DNA of 64,000 nucleotides from Nitrososphaerota archaeon (GTDB lineage Archaea > Thermoproteota > Nitrososphaeria_A > Caldarchaeales > Calditenuaceae): contig JAWBQR010000001.1 of the NCBI GenBank assembly GCA_038845265.1, positions 104,081 through 168,080 of the forward strand, in the 5' to 3' direction. Position 1 is the stretch's first letter; each line of letters begins with the position of its first letter. The position numbers and the translations under genes are program-made. Below are positions 47,401-58,033 of the stretch, one piece after another. The notes under the pieces are model-generated. The model made no database searches. It was not told where the DNA came from and worked only from the letters and a program-made list of their open reading frames with translations.

Positions 47401-48291
47401 AAGAGTCTTCAAGATTCTACCTGATCTATGTTGTGCCGGAGATATGCCGACTGTTTCGTTGTTTATGTAAGTAGTTACGTGATACTGAAGTAGGTCTGCA
47501 AGTTCCGCGATGACTGGTGATGGTGCTCCAGCAGCTATACTCTCCTTAAGCCTTTTGTTTACTCTTAGAATGTCTACAAGCTTATGAGTAAGGTCGTCTT
47601 CAGATCTATAACCAGTTTCAAGAGTGATAGATGGCCTGACATAGACGGGTGGGACCGGTAAGACTGTGAGAACCATCCATTCAGGCCTAGCATACTCTGG
47701 GTCGATGTCTAGAAGCTCTAGGTCTTGATCATTGATTCTCTCGAGCCTCTGCCTGACGACACTTGCAGACAGCCGTACCGTTCCTTGGGGAGTGACCTCT
47801 AGGAAAGTTGATGGCTTCTCTAAATCTAACTTGTATTGCTTCTCTCCACAATGTGGACAGATATTTGTAGCCATCGCCTGCTGCTTGACCTTATAAAAGA
47901 TGTGTCTATACTGTCTTCCCTCTGCTTTATGCATCTCGATCTCCTTTCTAAAGTTCTCAATGGATTCATTTTTCAGCAGTAATCTGCCGCAACTCCTACA
48001 GGTGGATCTTAGAAGCTCTTGAATTATCTTGACAAAACCAATATGAATGACGGGGACTGCGAGCTCGATGTAGCCGAAGTGTCCTGGACAGTTGAGGTAG
48101 GTATTTCCACATGTCTTGCATCTCTGCCCTGGCTCTAGTGTTCCTAACCTTGGGTCCATAACCCCTGTTGGGATTGGAGAACCGTCTTCGTCATATGTAT
48201 CTGAATTCTGTATCTCAGCTACAGCCATCTTCCTGATGAAGTCCGGTGAGAGTATTCCAAACTTTATTGCAGCTATGCTTCCCTTTACCAT
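44494..48291 (-). CDS. rpoA: RNA polymerase largest subunit, unsplit A'A''
   Basis: NADFDGD, CPGHFG, GEPGTQLTLRTFH and ARAAFE in one ORF. Confidence 0.97.
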   Translation of the reverse strand: MVKGSIAAIKFGILSPDFIRKMAVAEIQNSDTYDEDGSPIPTGVMDPRLGTLEPGQRCKTCGNTYLNCPGHFGYIELAVPVIHIGFVKIIQELLRSTCRSCGRLLLKNESIENFRKEIEMHKAEGRQYRHIFYKVKQQAMATNICPHCGEKQYKLDLEKPSTFLEVTPQGTVRLSASVVRQRLERINDQDLELLDIDPEYARPEWMVLTVLPVPPVYVRPSITLETGYRSEDDLTHKLVDILRVNKRLKESIAAGAPSPVIAELADLLQYHVTTYINNETVGISPAQHRSGRILKTLAQRLKGKEGRFRLNLSGKRVDFSARTVISPDPNIDIDEVGVPLEIAMQLTVPEVVNAWNKEKLKRLIRNGPDKYPGAKYIIKPDKKMIRLKFVHNLEEVAETIEDGWIVERHLMDGDIVLFNRQPSLHRVSIMAHRVRVLPYKTFRLNLAVCTPYNADFDGDEMNLHVPQSEEAQAEARLLLQVQRNIISARYGAPIIGAIRDFLTSLYLLTKDGTYLDKQTVGYLLASMRYNGPLPPPEKTEPVPLWSGKQIFSLLLPRGFSHRVQASFNPDDEIVIRDGVLVKGYVDKSVVGIEKPNSVLHRIAKDYGSENAAKFLNSLVRLANTYINVRGFTLSIEDLIVPESAYEQAGVIIREMEQEYQKLKSDYERGRLEIKPGETPEKAFESSILEMLSRVRDKVGSLIRTYVPPSSPLVIMAKTGARGSTLNIDQMIAIVGQQAVRRERPSRGFLDRVLTFFERGDLSPPARGFVFNSFVKGLTPIEFFFHMAGGRDGLVDTAVRTQQSGYMQRRLINALESLYVEYDGSVRMSDSKKIVQFLYGEDGVDPAKSDHGKAFIPRLIVERVLEAHAGGGDPSPKEVVEAEAKKYEGIIPPLLLNELVTAALKLKAPASAVPAIFREAHRAYLQSLIEVGDPVGVITAQSIGEPGTQLTLRTFHFAGVREQSILLGLPRLIEIIDARRTPSTPIMKIYLKPPYNSDPKLARQVARKLQFTSLSDVTDEVRIDLRRNLLIVKLDRESMRELGVTNADLVRTFKQYKAKISGEDELVLTMPEEVELQMGQIRERILATRVKGIKRIKKALVRKEGDEYVINTEGSNLREVMDVPEVDFRRVRTNDIHEVASVLGIEAARQLIVEEARQVLREQGLDVDVRHLLLLADMMTINGEVRQVGRHGVVRLKSSVLARAAFEISVQTLLEAAARGEVDNLRGNVERILIGKEVPVGTGMVNLLMLYPGRRNREDVSGSAGG

Positions 48292-48292
48292 T

Positions 48293-51200
48293 CTACATCA
48301 CCTCCTCAAAGATTAATTTGGGGTAGATCCCCATCGAGAGCAGCTCGTTGAGCAATAGGTAGAAGGCATATGACATATTGACTGGCCTCTCAGAGACGTC
48401 TTTTCCATGCACTGGGCAGATAAATTTCTCTTGTTTTAGGTCGTAGTAGGCTGGCAGTCCGCATTTCTCACAATAGTAGACTGTATATTTATCGCTCTGT
48501 TCTAGTAGTCTATCGAGCAACAAGTAGGAGGCGCCATAGGCTATTAGGCAGTCTCTCTCCATCTCTCCAAATTTTAATCCTCCTCCTCTCGACCTGCCTT
48601 CGGTTGGCTGTCGAGTCAGTATCTGCACCTGCCCCCTCGACCTAGCATGAATCTTGTCCCTCACTAAGTGGTGTAGTCTCTGATAATATACGATGCCTAT
48701 GAAGACCTCTACTTCATATTTCCTTCCAGTCAGCCCATCGTACAGCACTTCTGTTCCACTTGGTTTAAACCCAAGCTCTGCAAGTTCTTTTCTCAACTCG
48801 TCCAATGGTTTTCCGATGAAGGGTGATCCGTCGATTATTGTTCCTTTAGCAGCAGCTAATTTTCCGGCTAGGCTCTCGATTAGTTGTCCTACCGTCATTC
48901 TTGAGGGGAATGCGTGTGGATTTATGATTAGATCTGGCACTATTCCACTCTCCGTGAAAGGCATATCGGCCTGTGGAAAGAGCATGCCGACAACCCCCTT
49001 CTGTCCATGACGTGAGGCGAACTTGTCTCCTATTTCAGCGAAACAGATACTCCTAACCTTTGCCTTAACTAGCTTATTGCCCTCTTCAGTCTTTGTAATG
49101 TAGATATTGTCTACTACTCCTACCTCGGTGGGCCTTACGGCCTCGGAGGCGTCTCGCCAAACCATCTCTCTCGCGGGAGCCCTTGTATACTCCTCCATGA
49201 ACCTTGGAGGACTAACCATCCCGACTAGTACTGTTCCACCAGTGACGTCAGATTCTGGAAAAGCTAATCCATCGACATCAAGTACTCGGTAGTATTGCTC
49301 TCCTCTGTATCCTCTTACATTCGAGTCAGGAATAGCTAGCCTGTCCTTTTCACCGCCCATGTATTGCTTAGCCTCAACCTCGTAGGTTCTATAGCTGATA
49401 GTAAATCCTACGCCTCGCTCGACTGACGATTTGTTCAATACGACGGCATCTTCCATATTGTAACCATAACCCGTGAGTATAGCTACTACTAAATTCTGAC
49501 CAATAGGGCGCTGATTGAGCCCTAATAGCTCGATCGTCCTAGTCGTCACCAGTGGTTTCTGTGGATTTATCATTAAGTGAATTCTTGAATCAACCCTTAG
49601 ATTATTCGCGATTGATGAGATGCCAAGCGCCTGTTTCGCCATTGATGCTTCATAGACATTTCTAGGTGATTGGTTGTGATTGCTGTATGGAATAATTGAG
49701 GCGACAGCCCCCAACATTAGCAGAGGCGAGACCTCTAGGTAGTTATGTGATTCAGTTACTGCTTCGGGTGACACTGCAACTAATGCATTCTCTTCTTCCA
49801 TCGCGTCTAAGTATTCGACTGAGCCTATGCTCACCAAATCTCTAAACTTGAGCGTACCTGACTTAAGAGACTCGATGGTGTTTGGATTAAGCTTTATTTC
49901 TCCCTTCTCCACGAGGATTAATGGACGCCTAACCCTTCCCTCATCTGTAAATATTTCAACCTCAGTTACATGTTCATACTTGTGATAGGCAATGTTTATC
50001 ATCGGGCTGATCTCGCCTGACCTCCTCATCGCTTTTAACTCGCTGACAAGTTTCTCCCAATCAGTATGATAACCAATCAATTCATTATCTAGATATACTC
50101 TCGCAGCGGTCATTAATCGTCTACTACGTCTTTTTTCCTCATGTGCGACCAATGTGCTTATAAGTCCGAGGGACCAAAGTTTTGCCCTAAGCTCCTTTTT
50201 ATCATTCTCTGAGAGAGGAACGGTTATCTCAGCGCCAAGCGCAAGATTCTTAACCAGCCCGGAGTTACTGCCTTCAGGTGTCTCTGCAGGACATATTCTT
50301 CCCCAATGCGTTCCATGCAGGTCTCTTGCCTCAAAGTGTGGCTGGCTCCTGCTTAAGGGAGATTGAACTCTCCTGAGATGACCTATAGTGGATAGGTAAT
50401 TTGTCCTATTGAGAAGCTGAGTTACTCCCACTCTCCCGCCGGGCCAGTTTCCTGTCGAGAATGCGTGTAAAACGAGGTCGTTGACTATTCCTGGCCTGAC
50501 GAAGGTTGAGATAGAGATTGGCTGCCTAGTCGCGATAACCCTTTCGAGCTGGTATTTAATGTCTCTGATCAACTTCATGAATGCCATACGGTAGAGCTCC
50601 ATCAACAATGGCGCTTCAAGCTTGAGCCTCTTGTTCCCATAGTGGTCTTTATCACTGGGCTTCCTGATCCCTAGACTTGTCTCCAACAATTTTCCGACCA
50701 TATCGCAGAGAAAGATTGCTTTTTTGTATCTTGAATCACTAGTTGTACCGACGTGCAGTAGGAAGATATTATCAATCATCTGTTCCGCTCTTTGGACCCT
50801 ATACTCCTCTGCATAGCCAAACGCCACCCTGTTTCCAATATATCTTAACGCATCTTGAGGAGTCTCGATACCTTCAGCCTCGAGGAAAGACGGTGCAAGC
50901 AATTCTTGTACATCGGGCCTATTGGAGACAAAGTTTACTATATCAGAGTCCTTCGTCATTCCCAAGGCTCTTAATAGAATTATCAACGGTATTCCCTTGT
51001 ATATACGTGAGAAGAAGACACGTATCGGGTTGCCTGGCTTATACGTGACCTCAACCTTACTCTGCCTACCATAAGAAGATGATAGAATGACGGCTGAGTA
51101 TTGCGGAACCTTATCTCCTTCCTTCATCGTAATCAGTATTCTGTTGGGAGCAAGATCCTCTATGGCGACAATAACTCTTTCAGACCCATTAATTATGAAG

Positions 51201-51682
51201 TAGCCTCCCGGATCCAATGGGTCTTCTCCTATCGACATTAGTTCTTCTGACGTCATTCTCCGAAGTGGACATAGCTGTGACTTAACTAGAATTGGAATAT
51301 CACCAACATAGACTTTTTCATTACTTACAATTGGTTTTCCATCGACGCTCAATGACATCCTTATATAAATCGGTGCTACATAACTGAGGTTCCTGAGCCG
51401 ACACTCCAGCGGAGTTATATTCTCCCTTACCATACCGTCTATCTCTACGATTCGCGGGCTGCCGATCTCAACTGACTCAAACTTCAGCAATAAGTTGCCA
51501 TACTTTGTCTTTATCTCCTGTGGAGATAGACTCTTAACAAGCTCGGCAAGTCCCTCCTTCACAAAATAGTCATAAGACTTAAAGTGATGACTTACAAGAC
51601 CCTCATCCTGAAGAATGCTCTTGGCTACTTCCCAGAGATCTTCATGTGTTAATTGAGTCTCAAAATGAGACTTTGCCTTCAC
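48293..51682 (-). CDS. rpoB: RNA polymerase subunit B
   Basis: [24 protein letters not shown]. Confidence 0.97.
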   Translation of the reverse strand: MKAKSHFETQLTHEDLWEVAKSILQDEGLVSHHFKSYDYFVKEGLAELVKSLSPQEIKTKYGNLLLKFESVEIGSPRIVEIDGMVRENITPLECRLRNLSYVAPIYIRMSLSVDGKPIVSNEKVYVGDIPILVKSQLCPLRRMTSEELMSIGEDPLDPGGYFIINGSERVIVAIEDLAPNRILITMKEGDKVPQYSAVILSSSYGRQSKVEVTYKPGNPIRVFFSRIYKGIPLIILLRALGMTKDSDIVNFVSNRPDVQELLAPSFLEAEGIETPQDALRYIGNRVAFGYAEEYRVQRAEQMIDNIFLLHVGTTSDSRYKKAIFLCDMVGKLLETSLGIRKPSDKDHYGNKRLKLEAPLLMELYRMAFMKLIRDIKYQLERVIATRQPISISTFVRPGIVNDLVLHAFSTGNWPGGRVGVTQLLNRTNYLSTIGHLRRVQSPLSRSQPHFEARDLHGTHWGRICPAETPEGSNSGLVKNLALGAEITVPLSENDKKELRAKLWSLGLISTLVAHEEKRRSRRLMTAARVYLDNELIGYHTDWEKLVSELKAMRRSGEISPMINIAYHKYEHVTEVEIFTDEGRVRRPLILVEKGEIKLNPNTIESLKSGTLKFRDLVSIGSVEYLDAMEEENALVAVSPEAVTESHNYLEVSPLLMLGAVASIIPYSNHNQSPRNVYEASMAKQALGISSIANNLRVDSRIHLMINPQKPLVTTRTIELLGLNQRPIGQNLVVAILTGYGYNMEDAVVLNKSSVERGVGFTISYRTYEVEAKQYMGGEKDRLAIPDSNVRGYRGEQYYRVLDVDGLAFPESDVTGGTVLVGMVSPPRFMEEYTRAPAREMVWRDASEAVRPTEVGVVDNIYITKTEEGNKLVKAKVRSICFAEIGDKFASRHGQKGVVGMLFPQADMPFTESGIVPDLIINPHAFPSRMTVGQLIESLAGKLAAAKGTIIDGSPFIGKPLDELRKELAELGFKPSGTEVLYDGLTGRKYEVEVFIGIVYYQRLHHLVRDKIHARSRGQVQILTRQPTEGRSRGGGLKFGEMERDCLIAYGASYLLLDRLLEQSDKYTVYYCEKCGLPAYYDLKQEKFICPVHGKDVSERPVNMSYAFYLLLNELLSMGIYPKLIFEEVM

Positions 51683-51990
51683 GCCTCACTCACCACCACT
51701 CTATAATATACAGCCGTCCCCGCTGTAGGCGAATTTCTAGTAATTTTTAAAACGTCGCCAACCCTTGCGCCCAATTCTTTCACTACAGGGTCACTGATCA
51801 ATATTTGAGGAAGTTGGTTAAGGCTTGCCTTGTACTTCTTAAGCAGCTCCTCAACTTCTTCCTTGCTCAGAATTTCGTGTTTAGGTACTAGTTCATGCTC
51901 AAGTATGCTCGGCCTTACAGCATCAGGAGCCACTGCTTCTTTAGTCTGCTTAGAGGAAACACCCTTCTTCTTACTCAAACTCAACACCAA
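51679..51990 (-). CDS. rpoH: RNA polymerase subunit H (Rpo5)
   Basis: [14 protein letters not shown]...DPV, YYRVV. Confidence 0.95.
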   Translation of the reverse strand: MVLSLSKKKGVSSKQTKEAVAPDAVRPSILEHELVPKHEILSKEEVEELLKKYKASLNQLPQILISDPVVKELGARVGDVLKITRNSPTAGTAVYYRVVVSEA

Positions 51991-52172
51991 CCCTAGACAA
52001 AGTCTAATAATGTAATTGACAATATGTGAGTTATTAACTTTATTGCTCGCACTGTATTGTAAAGGATTACCCCATGATATAAGAACTCAAGCTCTATTAG
52101 TTAAGCCGGGATGCTTTGAAAGTTGACGCGTGCGTAAATACTTAAACTTTATAAACACTTAATTAAACGGAT

Positions 52173-53741
52173 TTGCTAATGGGGCCTAGTGATAATCTCG
52201 CAAAGATAATTCCTGTTACGTATCTCGGAATTTATCTTCACGCAGCCTTCTTATCCATCTCAATGGGTACGCCTCTCGTACTCATAGCCTTAATTTACCT
52301 ATGGAATAGGAGTAAAAATGAGCTCTATTTCAGGGCAATCAAGACCCTCACCAGTATACTGGTAGTAAATTTTGCAGCAGGAGCAGCCACCGGTACTCTT
52401 GTCGAGTTTGGGCTTGTCCAAGCATGGCCAGGAACGATATTTGTCTTATCGACTGTTGGATTTGTACCCTTTACGCTGGAACTCATAGCATTTGTAGGCG
52501 AAATCGTTCTTCTGCTACTCTTTATCATAACTCTCGGGCGACTGAAGCCCTTTACCAGTTTGACATTTATGGCGATATACTTTGTCTTCGCAGTTTTTTC
52601 AGGAGTAGTTATAACCTCTGTGAATAGCTGGATGAATGTTCCATGGGGTACTGCAGATCTCGCTAGGACGTTTTACCCATTTCTACCCACATATGGACCA
52701 TTGCTAGTCTCCGAAGAATCTTATATCAATCTTAGACTCATGCTTCTCTCATCATCTGGTTTTGCCTCACAGGTAATCCAAGACCCCTCGATGGTCAGGG
52801 AAATTGGGAAATTTCTTAACGATCCATTTGTAGCGATCTTTAATGAGTACAACTTGGCAAGCGTACTTCACAATGTAACGGCTGCGATAATAATTGGTAT
52901 GTCGATCATTCTTGCTGGATACGCATACTCATATGTTAGAAATAATAATGAAGACTCGCTGAAGATTATTCGTGCATTCATACCGATACTTGTAGCCCTA
53001 CTAATCGTGCAGCCAATAGTTTTTGGAGACTTTATGGGAAAAATGGTTGCTTCCTATCAGCCTACAAAATTCGCCGCTATCGAAGGACTATACGAGAGCA
53101 AAAAAGACCCACTTCTGGGATTCCTTGCATTTAACGATCCAGACGCATTGCTGGTAGGTTTCAACGACTTAGCAAAGAGATGTGATGAAGTAAGTGGATT
53201 TAAGATTAAGGATATTATTCCAGCAACATCAAAAACGTCACTCGACCAGACATTATACGAGCTTGATATTGGAGAATTGTGTAGAAGAGATCTCATTAGA
53301 ACGCAGAACAATACGCCACTCCTGAATACCGTTTATTACGTCAAAATTGGTGGCGGCATTGCAGCGCTGGCCGGAAGCGTCGGCTTATTCTTAACATTTT
53401 ATAACTTCGGCCCATTTTCTAAAATATTGAGAAAGATTCTTGGTCTACTAGGTCAAAAAATAAGCGTTGCGCTTCTATCCATATTGGTCCTCTCGGGAAG
53501 CATCCTAGCATCGACTATTGGATGGTTCGTGAGAGAGGTAGGAAGAAGTCCCTGGACAATCTACGGATATCTGTGGAAAGAAGAAATTATTACTGCGGTG
53601 CCCATAGACGCTGTAATTATCACTATGTTTACGATTACTTTCTTAGCAATAGGGCTTGCCAGTGCTTCTGCAATGTATCTCATTGCGACAAGGCCGCAGC
53701 GCCTTGACGAAATGCTAAGGAGATTGAGTAAAAATGAATGA
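52173..53741 (+). CDS. cydA: Cytochrome bd-type oxidase subunit CydA
   Basis: Heme-ligand His (LHAAF, LHN), GTLVEF, QPTKFAAIEG, GWFVREVGRSPW. Confidence 0.9.
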   Translation: MLMGPSDNLAKIIPVTYLGIYLHAAFLSISMGTPLVLIALIYLWNRSKNELYFRAIKTLTSILVVNFAAGAATGTLVEFGLVQAWPGTIFVLSTVGFVPFTLELIAFVGEIVLLLLFIITLGRLKPFTSLTFMAIYFVFAVFSGVVITSVNSWMNVPWGTADLARTFYPFLPTYGPLLVSEESYINLRLMLLSSSGFASQVIQDPSMVREIGKFLNDPFVAIFNEYNLASVLHNVTAAIIIGMSIILAGYAYSYVRNNNEDSLKIIRAFIPILVALLIVQPIVFGDFMGKMVASYQPTKFAAIEGLYESKKDPLLGFLAFNDPDALLVGFNDLAKRCDEVSGFKIKDIIPATSKTSLDQTLYELDIGELCRRDLIRTQNNTPLLNTVYYVKIGGGIAALAGSVGLFLTFYNFGPFSKILRKILGLLGQKISVALLSILVLSGSILASTIGWFVREVGRSPWTIYGYLWKEEIITAVPIDAVIITMFTITFLAIGLASASAMYLIATRPQRLDEMLRRLSKNE

Positions 53742-54864
53742 GTTAGAATTCTTTGGATTTAGCCTTTTAGGACTCTCCGTCTTGATTCACATAGTATTCG
53801 TAAATATCACTATAGGTACTGGATGGATCTCAGCGGTCAGTAGATACTTGTCCTGGCGAAGAATGGATGCAGATTTAGAGCTGATGTCAAGAAGAGTCTT
53901 CAGGATATTAGTAATTACCGAGCTTTTCAGCGGTGTATGGGGCACGATCATGACAGTCATCCTAGCGGGCATATTCCCCACATTACTCGCTCTAGCAACA
54001 GATGTTCTCTTCTATCCAATCCTGATATCGTTAACATCGATAATCATAAGGATACCCTCTATTGCAGTTTTTTGGTACACGTGGGGTAGAATAAGTCCCA
54101 GGACCCACTCAGTAATTGGATTAGTTATGGCTGTATCCGGGCTCGGCGTCCCAATTGGTTTTAGATACATCTTCGCAGAGATTACGAGTCCCTACGCCAT
54201 CCGAATGGCTCTAGAAGGTATGAAGGAAGAAGCACGTCTAGCGGTTTTCCTTAACCCAACCTATCCGCCACTCATTCTACATACAATAGCTGGAGCAATG
54301 CTTGTCGGCTCACTGATGACAGCGTCCTATTTCGCCACTAAGAATAACATGAATGTTAAGTATAGCAGATATGGAATATTGATCGGGCTTCCCTTCGTTG
54401 TCCTCCAAGGCTTCGCGGGCACATGGTATCTATTATCATTAATGACGTACTCACCTATACTTTTTAGAAATCTGATGGGGATTGGCGGCGTAACATTTAA
54501 TGCTGGACCAATATTCATCGCGAAAGTCCTCGTGATCGCTGTTATATTGTTTATGATGCATATGGGATATAGAGGTATGAAGCGAGAGAGCAACATGACA
54601 CCCAGCTATGTAGCGCATCTCGGTACGCTGGGCGTAGTCATGTTGATTATCTCAGAATTCTTAAATGATGGAGCAAGGTATCCCTATATGGTACTCATCG
54701 GCGAGGACGGACTTCCACCAATAAACTTCATGAATGTCTACATGGATATTCCACTGCCGATCGTATATGTAATATTGGGCTCCCTAATGGTATTGACGGG
54801 CGTCTTCCTCTTAATATTCTACTATGCACTGAATAAACGATATCTCCCAGAAATTCCTGCCTAG
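53734..54864 (+). CDS. CydA' (second CydA-homologous subunit of an archaeal CydAA' oxidase)
   Basis: IHIVFV, GVWGT, LHT, EFLNDGARYPY paralleling the GRxPW motif. Confidence 0.8.
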   Translation: MNELEFFGFSLLGLSVLIHIVFVNITIGTGWISAVSRYLSWRRMDADLELMSRRVFRILVITELFSGVWGTIMTVILAGIFPTLLALATDVLFYPILISLTSIIIRIPSIAVFWYTWGRISPRTHSVIGLVMAVSGLGVPIGFRYIFAEITSPYAIRMALEGMKEEARLAVFLNPTYPPLILHTIAGAMLVGSLMTASYFATKNNMNVKYSRYGILIGLPFVVLQGFAGTWYLLSLMTYSPILFRNLMGIGGVTFNAGPIFIAKVLVIAVILFMMHMGYRGMKRESNMTPSYVAHLGTLGVVMLIISEFLNDGARYPYMVLIGEDGLPPINFMNVYMDIPLPIVYVILGSLMVLTGVFLLIFYYALNKRYLPEIPA

Positions 54865-54880
54865 ATTATCAAATGTAACA

Positions 54881-54969
54881 CGCCGGGGGCGGGATTTGAA
54901 CCCGCGCGGCCTGCAAGAGGCCACAGGCTCTCAAGGCCTGCCCCTTGGTCCTGGCTTGGGTACCCCGGC
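54881..54969 (-). tRNA. tRNA-Ser(TGA)
   Basis: GCCGGGG stem, anticodon arm CAGGC-CTTGAGA-GCCTG, long variable arm, G discriminator. Confidence 0.94.
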
Positions 54970-55034
54970 TGTGGAATGCTTGTTTATCCGTTCATATAAG
55001 CCTTATATCTACACTGGATTGAGTTTAGAGAGAG

Positions 55035-56609
55035 TTGAGTATTAGGCAAATTCCTAGGACCATGGCTTCCCAGCATCCCGACAACGCCTGCATCCCAGAA
55101 TGGTGCAGGAGCGAAGTCATATCCGGCGACGACGAGGTCTACGAGGTATACTTTGACTACGCAGTTCTCGGTTGCCAAGAATCAATGTGGGATGCAGAAG
55201 GAAAAGACATTGATCCACATGTGGTTAGAAAGCTATTCTCGAATCATGGGGATTTCTTTGCTGAAAAGAAACTTGGATCCGATGTATTCCTTACATTTAG
55301 GCTTCCGAATCCTTCTATCGAGGTTGCGGAAAGGAAAGTCTTCATAGAGACGCTTGAGTCGATTCCGAGACACAACGATGTTGCTAGGGCTGTATATGGG
55401 GAAGAATTTGATAAAGCATTGTTTGAGGTTATTCTACCATTCACGACCAGTGCAGAGGATCTGCTAAGAGTCAGGGAGATTTATAAAAAAGCAGTCGTTA
55501 AGCCTACGGGCGAATGGATCGAGTCATGTAGACACTTGCTAAAGGAGTTTATCGGAGAGGTAAAGCCTGAAGATGTTGAGGTCATACCACTCTTCGAGGA
55601 CATGAAGACACTATACAATTGTGGCGAGATTATGAGAAGCTATGCAAAACTTACAAGACCAAACTACCTAAGAGTCTTCATCGCCCGCTCAGACCCTGCT
55701 CTAAATTATGGATTCATATCTGCAGTTATGCTTGCAAAACTTGCACTTTCAGAATGTGAAGAAGTAGCGATAGAGACAGGAATACCAGTATATCCAATCA
55801 TAGGTGCCGGCTCCCTACCATTCAGGGGACATAACTCTCCGCAAAATGTGGATGGCTTCCTCGAGGAGTATCGGGGCGTATGGACCGTCACAGTCCAGTC
55901 TGCCTTCAGATATGACAATTCTCTAGAAGATGCGAGACGAGCCATATCTCGTCTCAACGCCTTACTGCCTAGAGATAAAGCCAGGATATTCGAGGATTGG
56001 GAGAAAAATATGCTCCAGGAAACAATCTCTAAATTAGCAAACACTTATCAGGGCATGATAGAAAAATGCATGGGTGCCATAGATTATGTCGTTGAGCTAG
56101 TCCCACCTCGTCGCAGCAGGAAGCTCCATATAGGCCTTTTCGGATACTCAAGAGTCATTTCGGGCAGGTCGGCTCCAAGAGCCATACCCTTTGTGGCCGC
56201 TCTCTATTCACTCGGCTTGCCTCCCGAATTTATTGGATTAAAGGCGATAAGAAACATAGAAGAGGAATCCTATAGCCTATTAATGGAGACATGCGTTAGA
56301 TTGAAAGAAGATTTGAGAGAGGCTGGCAGACACCTAGTGTGGGACGCAATATCAATTATGTCTGAGTATAAGGAAGAATTATCTAAGTTCTTAGGAATAA
56401 ACTTCTTGTCGAATTTCCTTCCATCATATATTGAGGATCTATCAGTCGCGCAGGAGAATCTAGGCATAAAGCTCGGAGAAAACTCACTCTACTATCGCAG
56501 ATATGCAAACGCAGTAGAGAACTTCCTAATCCACATCATTGAAAAAGACACTGAGATGGCGCGTTCTGAACTTATAAAGGCAGCCGTGATGCGTAGATCT
56601 CTTGGATAA
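55035..56609 (+). CDS. ppcA: Archaeal-type phosphoenolpyruvate carboxylase
   Basis: IPRTMASQHPDN, ARSDPALNYG, GSLPFRGH, PRAI. Confidence 0.95.
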   Translation: MSIRQIPRTMASQHPDNACIPEWCRSEVISGDDEVYEVYFDYAVLGCQESMWDAEGKDIDPHVVRKLFSNHGDFFAEKKLGSDVFLTFRLPNPSIEVAERKVFIETLESIPRHNDVARAVYGEEFDKALFEVILPFTTSAEDLLRVREIYKKAVVKPTGEWIESCRHLLKEFIGEVKPEDVEVIPLFEDMKTLYNCGEIMRSYAKLTRPNYLRVFIARSDPALNYGFISAVMLAKLALSECEEVAIETGIPVYPIIGAGSLPFRGHNSPQNVDGFLEEYRGVWTVTVQSAFRYDNSLEDARRAISRLNALLPRDKARIFEDWEKNMLQETISKLANTYQGMIEKCMGAIDYVVELVPPRRSRKLHIGLFGYSRVISGRSAPRAIPFVAALYSLGLPPEFIGLKAIRNIEEESYSLLMETCVRLKEDLREAGRHLVWDAISIMSEYKEELSKFLGINFLSNFLPSYIEDLSVAQENLGIKLGENSLYYRRYANAVENFLIHIIEKDTEMARSELIKAAVMRRSLG

Positions 56610-56621
56610 TCCCAAACATTT

Positions 56622-57530
56622 CTATGCAAATAGTCTACTTATCAAAAAGTCCTTTGTGAATGGTATAAGATCATCAAGTCCCTGCCCGACACCAATAAAT
56701 AGTATGGGCTTACCGATCGCATAGCATATAGATATTGCAGAGCCGCCCCTTGTATCGCTGTCGAACTTGGTGAGTATGACGTAATCAATCCCGACATAGC
56801 TATGAAACTGGCGAGCCTGCTCCAACGCTACATTGCCCGTCAATGAGTCACCGACATATACAACTGAGTCAGGCATAGTCACACGCTTTATCTTCCTCAT
56901 CTCCTCCAGTAAGTTTCTATCAATCTCTGTTCTTCCAGCAGTGTCTATCAATACGACGTGTGCTCCACTTGCCCTTGCACTGTTTATTGCATCTATAGCT
57001 ACGGCTGCTGGGTCGCTTCCGTACACCTGACTCACGGTCCTGACACCTATCTTGTCAGCCAGTTTCTTCAGCTGCTCTATGGCGGCAGCTCTAAAAGTAT
57101 CGCTACAGGCAATAACAGGCACCAGGCCTGATTTCTTAAAAAAGTGGGCCATCTTTGCTACTGTCGTGGTTTTTCCACCTCCATTAGGACCAACAAATAA
57201 AATGATGTATGGAGCAGCATTACTAGATTTTTTTGCAATAACACTATTGAGAAGTGATTTTGGATTTGCCTCTATTAATATTGAGCTCAAGGAGTCAATC
57301 ACGACTTGCTTAATTGCTGCATCTCGATCAGAGAATCTATGAACTTTAAGAGTCCTAAGCCTCTCCTCGATAAGCTCTGATAATCTCTCAGCAGCCTCTA
57401 TCGAGACATCATTTGCTGCAAGCTGAAACTTGAAGTCTTCTAGAATTTTCTTGATCTCGCTACTTGAGAGCTGAGTTGTCGAGAAATGCTCTGCGAGGCT
57501 CGTGAACGCCTTCTTGAGGCCATCTAACAT
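56622..57530 (-). CDS. ftsY: SRP receptor FtsY
   Basis: GPNGGGKTT, DTFRAAA, DTAGR, TKFD, GVGQ. Confidence 0.96.
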   Translation of the reverse strand: MLDGLKKAFTSLAEHFSTTQLSSSEIKKILEDFKFQLAANDVSIEAAERLSELIEERLRTLKVHRFSDRDAAIKQVVIDSLSSILIEANPKSLLNSVIAKKSSNAAPYIILFVGPNGGGKTTTVAKMAHFFKKSGLVPVIACSDTFRAAAIEQLKKLADKIGVRTVSQVYGSDPAAVAIDAINSARASGAHVVLIDTAGRTEIDRNLLEEMRKIKRVTMPDSVVYVGDSLTGNVALEQARQFHSYVGIDYVILTKFDSDTRGGSAISICYAIGKPILFIGVGQGLDDLIPFTKDFLISRLFA

Positions 57531-57998
57531 TTAGCCCTCACTCTTGGGCGCTCGCTGACGCTCAAGCGCCCTTTCAACAGCCGTTAAAAATCGCCTTAGC
57601 GCCTCTGCTCTCTGAGTAGAATTCTGAATATTCTCAACCAACCTATCTCTGGTACTTCTAAGTCCCTGTAGCCTTTTATCAAGTATCTCCCTACACCTCT
57701 CAATCGGAGCCTCGATGAATATGTCTTGCCCTATTCCTATTCTTAGTCTGTCCTTCACAGTGATTGTTGCCTCCACCATACTTATACCCCCAATCGGCAC
57801 AAGGACGTTCATAGCTTCAGGCGACTTTACCATTTCATTAATCAATTCAACCGCCCTCTCATGGTCAGCTATGGATGAATCAATAGCAATTAGTTGTGCC
57901 TGGAGTTCACGTAATAACTGCTCAATGATGTTTAGTTCTAAAAGTGCCCTTTGAACATCCTCCTGAGTAACCTTTACTCCCAATTCACTTAAAACCAT
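57531..57998 (-). CDS. pfdA: Prefoldin alpha subunit
   Basis: Coiled coils flanking LVPIGG / IGIGQDIFIE hairpins; conserved position before ftsY. Confidence 0.9.
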   Translation of the reverse strand: MVLSELGVKVTQEDVQRALLELNIIEQLLRELQAQLIAIDSSIADHERAVELINEMVKSPEAMNVLVPIGGISMVEATITVKDRLRIGIGQDIFIEAPIERCREILDKRLQGLRSTRDRLVENIQNSTQRAEALRRFLTAVERALERQRAPKSEG

Positions 57999-58033
57999 GT
58001 ATGTGGCAGTTAATATATTAAGCTCGCTAAGAA

